From Anaerolineae bacterium (GTDB lineage Bacteria > Chloroflexota > Anaerolineae > Anaerolineales > UBA4823), in assembly GCA_037439525.1 (NCBI GenBank), contig JBBIVW010000005.1, positions 7,007-71,006 on the forward strand: 64,000 nt of DNA, in the 5' to 3' direction. Made by a program: the position numbers and the translations under genes. Under the pieces are notes generated by a model that was not told where the DNA came from, did not search any database, and was given only the letters and a program-made list of their open reading frames with translations. Every line of letters begins with the position of its first letter. Within the stretch, counting starts at the first letter, position 1. Positions 8,299-15,326 of this stretch are shown piece after piece.

Positions 8299-8334
8299 AA
8301 AAAAACATGACCTATCCGCAGAGAACAGGTCATG
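8299..8334 (-). terminator. Rho-independent terminator after the L,D-transpeptidase/SH3b-like operon
   Basis: The minus strand reads CATGACCT-13 nt loop-AGGTCATG followed by TTTTTTT (A-run at 8299-8305 on the + strand). It begins about 30 nt after the stop at 8366. Confidence 0.6.
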
Positions 8335-8365
8335 CTATGAAAGGGTTACCCAGTGAAGTAGAAAA

Positions 8366-8905
8366 TCACTCAACAGGTAGAATCCAATAATATTCTCCGT
8401 CACCTTCGGCCATATATCCTTCGATCTCATCATCCTTATTGCTGCGGATCGTGCGGAACAACCAAATGATCATTTTCCCTTCCCAGCACCATGGACCTTT
8501 TTTGACTTCGAGCTGTTCTCCCAATTCAGGCATATATAAAGTGGGTGAGTACTGCACGTCTTTGTCGATGTGCATGCCGGTGTTGCCGGAGAGAGAGACG
8601 ACGTAGGCAATGTCCCCAATATGCAGACGAGAGGCGACGCATCCAGGGATAGGATAGTAGATATCTCCTGGAATGGTGGGTGGGGAGGTGCGTGTGGGGG
8701 TGGGGATGAATTGAGTAGGTGGGGGTAAAGGTTCCGTGGGCAAGGGTGTGGCGACGATCAGGGTAACGATTTGGGTGACAAAGATCGTTTTTTGCACTTC
8801 TTCAGTATCTGTTCCCTCCGAAGAGGCAGCAGTACAGGCATTGGTAAATAGCAGGATACTTGCCAGCAGAATGGCTATCCAACGGTTTTTGCATTTCAGC
8901 ACCAT
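8366..8905 (-). CDS. Secreted/anchored protein: signal anchor + Pro/Thr linker + SH3b-like C-terminal domain (paralog B)
   Basis: I prefer the ATG at 8905 (AAGGAG 8 nt upstream), giving MVLKCKNRWIAILLASILLFTNAC..., over the track start at 9037. The C-terminal ~100 aa read IYYPIPGCVASRLHIGDIAYV...GPWCWEGKMIIWLF...EGDGEYYWILP. Length is 179 aa, the same as the upstream paralog. Confidence 0.6.
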   Translation of the reverse strand: MVLKCKNRWIAILLASILLFTNACTAASSEGTDTEEVQKTIFVTQIVTLIVATPLPTEPLPPPTQFIPTPTRTSPPTIPGDIYYPIPGCVASRLHIGDIAYVVSLSGNTGMHIDKDVQYSPTLYMPELGEQLEVKKGPWCWEGKMIIWLFRTIRSNKDDEIEGYMAEGDGEYYWILPVE

Positions 8906-8937
8906 AAGGCGTTCTCCTTTTGAAATTTTAGGCAGCG

Positions 8938-9477
8938 CTATTGTCGTGGCAATGGCACCAGCCAGTATTCTTCGCCATTGCCTTCTGGAGTGAAGCCGCG
9001 CGTTCCATCGGCCATTTGTACGAACCATACGATCCAACCATGGCTACACCAGGGTCCATCCAGGATGGTCAGGATGCTGCCAGGTTGGGCATAGGTCAGG
9101 ATGTTGTCTTCATGTAAATCCAGTCCCCAACGAATGGCGTTTGGACCACCAATCCATGAGACCATGGCTTGATCGCCAATGTGTAAGCGCGAGGCGACGC
9201 AATTGGGTAGTGGGTAGTATATAGGCGCTGACATCGGATCCCAGGTTGGCGTTGGCGAAGGGAAGGGTGTTGGGCTGGGTAGGGGAGTGTTGGTTGGTCG
9301 TGGAGTGGGGGTAATGATTTGGGTTACCACCTGGGTGATCACTTCTGTCTCCACTATGGGAGTAGCGGTGTCTTGTAGGACGATCTTGGGCGGCTCGATG
9401 CGACAGGCCAGCACGGCAAGCCACAGCATCGCCCCGGCGACAATGAGATGGGTTTTTCTTCGAATGGTCATTTTCAT
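8938..9477 (-). CDS. Secreted/anchored protein: signal anchor + Pro/Thr linker + SH3b-like C-terminal domain (paralog A)
   Basis: The true start is probably the ATG at 9477 (AGGAG 10 nt upstream), giving MKMTIRRKTHLIVAGAMLWLAVLAC.... A PT-rich linker (TPTPRPTNTPLPSPTPFPSPTPT) is followed by IYYPLPNCVASRLHIGDQAMV...GPWCSHGWIVWFV...EGNGEEYWLVP. The 380-aa track ORF (to 10080) overlaps the transpeptidase gene out of frame, so I trimmed it. Confidence 0.6.
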   Translation of the reverse strand: MKMTIRRKTHLIVAGAMLWLAVLACRIEPPKIVLQDTATPIVETEVITQVVTQIITPTPRPTNTPLPSPTPFPSPTPTWDPMSAPIYYPLPNCVASRLHIGDQAMVSWIGGPNAIRWGLDLHEDNILTYAQPGSILTILDGPWCSHGWIVWFVQMADGTRGFTPEGNGEEYWLVPLPRQ

Positions 9478-9517
9478 ACCAATTGAACTCCTACTTGCGT
9501 ACTCAGATGCGCGGGGA

Positions 9518-10522
9518 CTAATATACGATGACCCGCGTTCCCTCATCGGAGGCGACGAAGTCCTCATCGACCGGCACATAGGGATCGGTCCAGCGGTAAA
9601 TCCACTTCGCCGCTTCCGGAGAAAGGTTGATGCATCCATGGCTTTGAGGGGTGCCATAGTTATTATGCCAATATGTCCCATGCAATGATACCCCGGTCCA
9701 GGCAATATAACAAACCCAGGGCACGCCCGGCAAGTCGAACTCATTTCCCTCCAGGTCCGATGCCATATGGCGGGTAGGCTGTTTACGTTCGACGCGGTAT
9801 TCCCCCTGTGGGGTATCTCCGGGGAAGTAGCCGGTGGCGGTGCGCGCAGTAAAGACCGGTTGGGAGCCCTCGAAGGCGATGATGCGTTGGCGATTAAGAT
9901 CGACTTCGATCCGTTTGCCCGGCACGCCTGGAGAAATGGGAGATAGCTCTTCAGCGGTAATCGGTCGGAAATGTTCGCCTTTGGCGAAATAGTGTACCCC
10001 TGCGCGGTCGTCGTACACCTGATACCACACGTCACCATTATCGAGCTTGAAGGCATAATGCACCCAATGGGTGCTGGCATAATACAGCCGATGCTTACGT
10101 TGCCAGATGCCCTCTTTGGGCAGGTACACTTGCGTAAAGGGAACAGTAACCTCCATCAATAACCCACCATTTGGGATGGAAAGCAACGGTTCGTTGATTT
10201 GGTTGCGTACGGGTTGCACGTATGCCGAATGAAGCCAGCCATCCTTGGTGCGTAGCCAAATAGGGTTATGCACCGGTTCCGGGTCGCCGAGCGCTTGCTC
10301 CAGAATCTGGATCACCGTATCGGTGACATAGAAGCCCAGCTCCTGACCCTGGGTGGAGGGTCTGTCATAGTAGCGTAGTGAATAAATGGTACGTCCGAGG
10401 GTGAAGGGAGGAGCCCCTTTATTGTAGGGGTCGTTTCCAGGAGGAAAATCTCGAAATGCAAGGCTGGCCACACTGACCGCGGATAATTTGAGAAAATCTC
10501 TCCTGCTGAGCCTGGTAGTCAT
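9518..10522 (-). CDS. L,D-transpeptidase (YkuD domain) with twin-arginine signal peptide
   Basis: Tat motif MTTRLSRRDFLKLSAVSVASLAF. The C-terminal YkuD catalytic signature is GVSLHGTYWHNNYGTPQSHGCINLSPEAAKWIY (His...Gly-Cys). Confidence 0.9.
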   Translation of the reverse strand: MTTRLSRRDFLKLSAVSVASLAFRDFPPGNDPYNKGAPPFTLGRTIYSLRYYDRPSTQGQELGFYVTDTVIQILEQALGDPEPVHNPIWLRTKDGWLHSAYVQPVRNQINEPLLSIPNGGLLMEVTVPFTQVYLPKEGIWQRKHRLYYASTHWVHYAFKLDNGDVWYQVYDDRAGVHYFAKGEHFRPITAEELSPISPGVPGKRIEVDLNRQRIIAFEGSQPVFTARTATGYFPGDTPQGEYRVERKQPTRHMASDLEGNEFDLPGVPWVCYIAWTGVSLHGTYWHNNYGTPQSHGCINLSPEAAKWIYRWTDPYVPVDEDFVASDEGTRVIVY

Positions 10523-10572
10523 GATTACACCTGTAATGCTATGGGTTCACCTTATGCGGTGAAGATGCCAAA

Positions 10573-10601
10573 ATCATAGCATAAGTGCCCTCATTGTGCA
10601 A
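10573..10601 (-). promoter_or_regulatory. Candidate promoter of the L,D-transpeptidase operon (TTGCAC-N17-TATGAT)
   Basis: The minus strand reads TTGCAC (10601-10596), a 17-nt spacer and TATGAT (10578-10573), about 50 nt upstream of the ATG at 10522. Confidence 0.35.
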
Positions 10602-10866
10602 ATTTCGCAAGTTAAGATTTCTAGAAGCGTTGGATGAGGATAGGTTATTGACAACTCACAATCCGATAACTCACCTTGTGGCTTCGGGGTGTGGCTGAGC
10701 CTAAGAGTCGGTTTGCCGCAACATGCAATGCATGGTTTCTGTGAAAATACATCGGTGTATGCTTTTATGGCATCGAGAGACATGGGAATAGAGGAAAGGT
10801 GGCAGAGTGGTACAATTATAGCAACCGGGATTGTTTGGAAGCTCAATTGTGGAACGAGGAGTGCAA

Positions 10867-11589
10867 ATGCGCGTGGATGGTCGAAGGGCGGACGAATTAC
10901 GCCCGCTCAACTTCGAGGTAGATTTCAGCGCGTTTGCCGAGGGTTCTGTGCTGGCCTCTTTGGGTCGCACGAAAGTGCTCTGCAATGTCACCATTCAAGA
11001 TGGTGTACCACGTTGGATGCAGGAGCAGGGCAAAACTGGCGGTTGGTTGACCGCGGAATACGCCTTGCTGCCGAGAGCCACCTTAATACGCACCCCGCGC
11101 GAAACCTTTGGCTTGAGTGGGCGAACCCAGGAGATTCGCCGCCTGATTGGTAGAAGTTTGCGCGCCGCATTGGACTTAGAGGCTCTAGGCGCGATCACCT
11201 GCATTGTCGATTGTGATGTTTTACAAGCAGATGGAGGCACACGCACCACAGCAATTACGGGTGGGTATGTTGCTTTAGCGCTGGCTTTGGGTAAACTGGT
11301 CTCTCGTGGGACGATCGCCCAGAACCCCTTGCGCGATCCTGTCGCGGCAGTGAGCGTTGGCATGGTGGATGGCGAGGCGCTTTTGGATCTATGTTATGAA
11401 GAGGACCATCGCGCTCAAGTGGACGCTACGGTAGTGAGGTCAGGCGACGGTGATTTTGTGGAGGTGCAATTCTCGGCAGAACGGGGCAGCTTCTCGCCTT
11501 ATGAAATGGAGCGCATGCTCCACCTTGCAAACCAGGGTATCAATGAGATCATCCAGGCACAAACACGGGTGATTAAGGCCTATCCATAA
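10867..11589 (+). CDS. rph: Ribonuclease PH
   Basis: MRVDGRRADELRPLNFE...GSVLASLGRTKVLCNVTIQDGVPRWMQEQGKTGGWLTAEYALLPRAT...DCDVLQADGGTRTTAITGGYVAL matches the RNase PH core. Start is set at the ATG at 10867 (GAGGAG upstream) rather than the track start at 10831. Confidence 0.9.
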   Translation: MRVDGRRADELRPLNFEVDFSAFAEGSVLASLGRTKVLCNVTIQDGVPRWMQEQGKTGGWLTAEYALLPRATLIRTPRETFGLSGRTQEIRRLIGRSLRAALDLEALGAITCIVDCDVLQADGGTRTTAITGGYVALALALGKLVSRGTIAQNPLRDPVAAVSVGMVDGEALLDLCYEEDHRAQVDATVVRSGDGDFVEVQFSAERGSFSPYEMERMLHLANQGINEIIQAQTRVIKAYP

Positions 11590-11632
11590 AACAAGCATAA
11601 AAAGGACATTTAGCCAAGGAGCGAGGCGGATT

Positions 11633-12631
11633 ATGGGAACAGAATTGGATCACAGCTTGAACCCCAACGAAGTGCGCTTTTTTAGCGGTCGCTCGCATGA
11701 GACACTGGCAGCAGATATTGCTGCTTATCTTTCTATACCCCTGGACCCCACGTATTTTTCGAAGTTCAGTAATGACAATATGTACATCCAGTTGGGTGCG
11801 AGCTGCCGAGGGCGTTCGGTCTTCATCTTGCAATCGCTCATTCCACCGGTGAGTGAGCATTTATTGGAACTGTTTATGATGCTGGATATCGCCCGTGGTG
11901 CCGGAGCGCGTGAGATTCACGCCATCATCCCGTACTTCTCATATGCGCGTTCGGATAAAAAAGACGCCCCACGCATTTCCATCACCGCGCGGTTGATTGC
12001 GGACTTGCTCGTCACCGCTGGCGCAACGCACATCATGACCATGACCTTGCACTCTCCTCAGGTGCACGGCTTCTTTAGCGTCCCGACTGATCCGCTCACT
12101 GCGAGGCACTTGTTTGTGCGCCACTTCCACGAGAAGGCGTTGGACCTGCGCGAAACCATCGTTGTATCTCCGGATGTCGGGCGTGCCAAAGCTGCAGCCC
12201 GCTTTGCCAACCGTTTGGGATTGAGCGTCGCGGCAGCGCAAAAACAGCGCAAAGCGGATGATGAAGTCATCATTGGGGGAACGCTGGAACGCCAGGTTGT
12301 CGGGTATCGCCGTGCGCTGATCTATGACGATGAGATTTCTACCGGAGCAACGGTATTAGAGTTGAGTCGCATGCTCGTGGAGTATGGCATTGAGGAGATT
12401 TACGTGATCTGCACACATGGCGTCTTTACCGGCGATTCGATCCAAAAGTTTGCCGATTTCCCCCAGATTGTCGAGATCATCACCACCAATACTGTGCCCA
12501 TACCTCAAGAGAAAAGGCTGGATAAAATGAGCGTTCTAAACGTAGCCCCGATTTTTGGGGAGGCTATTTGGCGAAATTACACCCAACAATCGATTGGCGA
12601 CCTCTACACATATCATGAGGAGATCGACTAG
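11633..12631 (+). CDS. prs: Ribose-phosphate pyrophosphokinase (PRPP synthetase)
   Basis: VRFFSGRSHETLAADIAAYL, FSNDNMYIQL, PYFSYARSDKK, TMTLHSPQVHGFF, and the PRPP-binding loop LIYDDEISTGATV. Confidence 0.9.
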   Translation: MGTELDHSLNPNEVRFFSGRSHETLAADIAAYLSIPLDPTYFSKFSNDNMYIQLGASCRGRSVFILQSLIPPVSEHLLELFMMLDIARGAGAREIHAIIPYFSYARSDKKDAPRISITARLIADLLVTAGATHIMTMTLHSPQVHGFFSVPTDPLTARHLFVRHFHEKALDLRETIVVSPDVGRAKAAARFANRLGLSVAAAQKQRKADDEVIIGGTLERQVVGYRRALIYDDEISTGATVLELSRMLVEYGIEEIYVICTHGVFTGDSIQKFADFPQIVEIITTNTVPIPQEKRLDKMSVLNVAPIFGEAIWRNYTQQSIGDLYTYHEEID

Positions 12632-12856
12632 GGCAAGGTGCACATCCTAGACAAGGCTACAACGAACGGCACAACCTAAAAATGCCTCGGCGTGCTCAGC
12701 GCTCTCATCGGGTATAAAAACCCGTTTCGACAATTCGTCTGGAAACACCGCGTTTGGGGAGCTGATTGAGCATGACAATCTTGCAAGTTGAAGGCTAAGG
12801 GATTTTGCCTTGGAGATGTTAAAATGGTGATCGATATTCCATGATCAGGTGATGCT

Positions 12857-14143
12857 ATGGTGAACCAATTGACCTTGAAGCAAATTTTAGCCGAACCCCA
12901 AACACTGGAAGACCTTCACATTCCCTCCAGCCTGGTGATCGATTTGATCTTTCGCTTGCTCTACAACGAAGGAAACGTCGCCCTATCGCGCTTCACCGAA
13001 GTGTTGAAGATTTCTAAGACGATCATTGATGACATCCTGCTTTGGATGCAAAAAGAACACCTCGTTGAAGTCTCCAAAGCCAGTGTGGAATTAGGGCGAT
13101 TGAGCAATGTCTATGCGTTGACCGATGCAGGGAAGAACCGCGCCCGGGACGCCATGGAACGCAGCGAGTATGTTGGACCGGTGCCGGTGTCTGTGCCTCA
13201 CTACAATCGGGGTATCGAACTGCAGAGCACTCGCGAAATGAACATCACTCCAAACACTGTGAAGGAGTCGCTCTCCGGATTGATCTTGCCTGAGGACTTC
13301 CATCGCCAGATTGGACCGGCTATTCGAGGTGGAAAATCGCTGTTCATTTATGGTCCCCCAGGGAATGGCAAGACCACTATTGCTTTGCGCATCGGCAAGT
13401 TGGTTGCAGGTGCGGATCCGATCTTCATTCCATACGCCATCACGGCCGGTGGACAGATCATTCAAATCTTCGATCGGCTCGTGCATCACCCCGTCCCCAA
13501 TCAAAATCCGCGCCATCCTGAGTATGGCCGTATCGATCAACGCTGGGTGCTGATCCAGCGACCCGCAGTCGCGGCAGGTGGCGAGCTGAAGCTGGATGCG
13601 CTTGAATTGCGCTATGATCCGATTGCCAAATTTTATGAAGCCTCGCTACAGATGAAAGCCAATGGAGGCATGTTCCTGCTGGATGACTTTGGTCGGCAAC
13701 AGGTGAGCCCTACGGATTTGCTGAACCGCTGGATTGTCCCCCTTGAACTGGATATTGACTATTTACGCCTGCAAAATGGACAAACGGTGGTTGTGCCGTT
13801 TCGAGAATTGATCGTGTTTAGCACCAACCTCGACCCCAGAAACCTGGTGGACGATGCTTTCTTGCGCCGTATTCAGATGAAAGTAGGCGTTGTCTCTCCA
13901 GATGAAAAGCTGTTTTACCAGATCTTTGTGATGGAAACGAAGTTGCAGTCTGTGCCGTTCGACAAAGATTCATTTTTACACTTGATCCATCATTGGTACC
14001 GCCAGCCGGGGCGCACCTTTCAGGCAGTGCACCCTCGCGATATCATCCGTATCATTCGCGCCTTGTGCGAGTACGATGGCATCCCGCCGCAAATGAATCC
14101 GCAATTGATTGACACTGCATGTCGCAGTTATTTTGTGGATTAG
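12857..14143 (+). CDS. AAA+ ATPase with N-terminal winged-helix-like domain (function unknown)
   Basis: Walker A LFIYGPPGNGKTTIA, Walker B GMFLLDDFGRQQ, sensor/Arg-finger region VFSTNLDPRNLVDDAFLRRIQMKV. The N-terminal ~100 aa (NVALSRFTEVLKISKTIIDDILLWMQKEHLVEV) look like a wHTH domain. Confidence 0.7.
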   Translation: MVNQLTLKQILAEPQTLEDLHIPSSLVIDLIFRLLYNEGNVALSRFTEVLKISKTIIDDILLWMQKEHLVEVSKASVELGRLSNVYALTDAGKNRARDAMERSEYVGPVPVSVPHYNRGIELQSTREMNITPNTVKESLSGLILPEDFHRQIGPAIRGGKSLFIYGPPGNGKTTIALRIGKLVAGADPIFIPYAITAGGQIIQIFDRLVHHPVPNQNPRHPEYGRIDQRWVLIQRPAVAAGGELKLDALELRYDPIAKFYEASLQMKANGGMFLLDDFGRQQVSPTDLLNRWIVPLELDIDYLRLQNGQTVVVPFRELIVFSTNLDPRNLVDDAFLRRIQMKVGVVSPDEKLFYQIFVMETKLQSVPFDKDSFLHLIHHWYRQPGRTFQAVHPRDIIRIIRALCEYDGIPPQMNPQLIDTACRSYFVD

Positions 14144-14152
14144 AGGTGGTGC

Positions 14153-15286
14153 TTGGCAGAAAAACCTGTGCGTCGCATCGGTGTATTGACGGGCGGGGGA
14201 GACTGTCCTAGTTTGAATGCGGTCATCCGTGCGGTTGTCAAAACGGCGATCATACACTACCAATGGGAAGTGATTGGCATTGAGGATGGGTTCGAAGGAT
14301 TGATCCAGCCCGGTAAGGCGCGCCCTTTGAGCCTGGCAGATGTGCGTGGCATTCTGCCGCGCGGTGGGACAATTCTCGGCACAACCAACCGTGCCAACCC
14401 TTTCCATTATGAAGTAGAGACCCATCAGGGAGTGCAAGTCTTTGATGTGTCCAACGATGTCGTGCGCTATGCACAAATCCTTGGATTGGATGCATTGGTG
14501 GTCATTGGCGGCGATGGCTCACTTCACATCGCCAAGGAATTGATGGCGAAAGGGCTCAATGTAGTTGGCGTGCCGAAGACCATCGACAATGACTTGTTGG
14601 AAACCGAGGTGACATTTGGCTTCGATACCGCGCTGAACACCGCCATGGAAGCACTGGATAAACTGCATACGACTGCCGAGAGTCACCACCGCGTGATCAT
14701 TTTGGAAGTGATGGGGCGCAACGCCGGTTGGATCGCGTTGGAAGCGGGCATTGCGGGTGGCGCCGACGTAATCCTCATCCCTGAAATCCAATACGACATA
14801 GTGGAGGTCACACAGAAAGTTCATCAAAGGAACCAACGCGGCGCTAAGTTCAGTATTATCGTTGCCGCCGAAGGGGCGAAGCCATTGGGCGGGGAAGCGG
14901 TATATCAGGAAGAAAGGGAGCTGGGCGCGGTCAAACGCCTGGGTGGCATCGGCAACCTTCTGGCGCGCCAGCTTAGAGAGAAGAGCGATGTCGAAGTGCG
15001 GGTGACGGTCTTGGGGCATTTACAACGCGGTGGCTCGCCTACCGCGTTCGATCGCTTACTGGCGACACGCTTCGGCGCCATGGCGGTACACACTATTGCC
15101 AGAGGGCAGTTTGGTTGCATGGTAGCTTTGCAAAGTGGGAAAGTGGTTATCGTTCCTTTAGAGCGGGCTGTGGCTAAGCAGAAATCCGTACCCCTGGATA
15201 GCGACATCATCCGCACGGCACTCAGCCTGGATATCTGCCTCGGCAGGTCGATAAACGACCTAAAGGAGAGCCTCGGCGCTCTTTGA
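14153..15286 (+). CDS. pfkA: 6-phosphofructokinase
   Basis: IGVLTGGGDCPSLNAVIRAVV, VVIGGDGSL, GVPKTIDNDL, LEVMGRNAGWIAL. The start is a TTG with GAGGTGG just upstream. Confidence 0.9.
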   Translation: MAEKPVRRIGVLTGGGDCPSLNAVIRAVVKTAIIHYQWEVIGIEDGFEGLIQPGKARPLSLADVRGILPRGGTILGTTNRANPFHYEVETHQGVQVFDVSNDVVRYAQILGLDALVVIGGDGSLHIAKELMAKGLNVVGVPKTIDNDLLETEVTFGFDTALNTAMEALDKLHTTAESHHRVIILEVMGRNAGWIALEAGIAGGADVILIPEIQYDIVEVTQKVHQRNQRGAKFSIIVAAEGAKPLGGEAVYQEERELGAVKRLGGIGNLLARQLREKSDVEVRVTVLGHLQRGGSPTAFDRLLATRFGAMAVHTIARGQFGCMVALQSGKVVIVPLERAVAKQKSVPLDSDIIRTALSLDICLGRSINDLKESLGAL

Positions 15287-15326
15287 AGCCCTTACTTCCA
15301 AGTTACAATTAGAAAGGAGGGTGTTT

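Noticed and set aside
8938-10080. 380-aa minus-strand ORF from the track
   Set aside because: Only the last 179 codons (from the ATG at 9477, with its own AGGAG) look like a real protein. The upstream 200 codons overlap the L,D-transpeptidase gene (9518-10522) out of frame and have Arg/Ser/Pro-rich shadow-frame composition.
10523-10866. 344-bp intergenic region with small ORFs (10574-10846, 10689-11153, 10701-10994), considered as a possible ncRNA or small genes
   Set aside because: The ORFs lack an RBS and have odd composition, and one runs into rph out of frame. I could not fold a convincing conserved RNA (no SRP, 6S, tmRNA or RNase P signatures). The region is better explained by divergent promoters for the ldt operon and rph.
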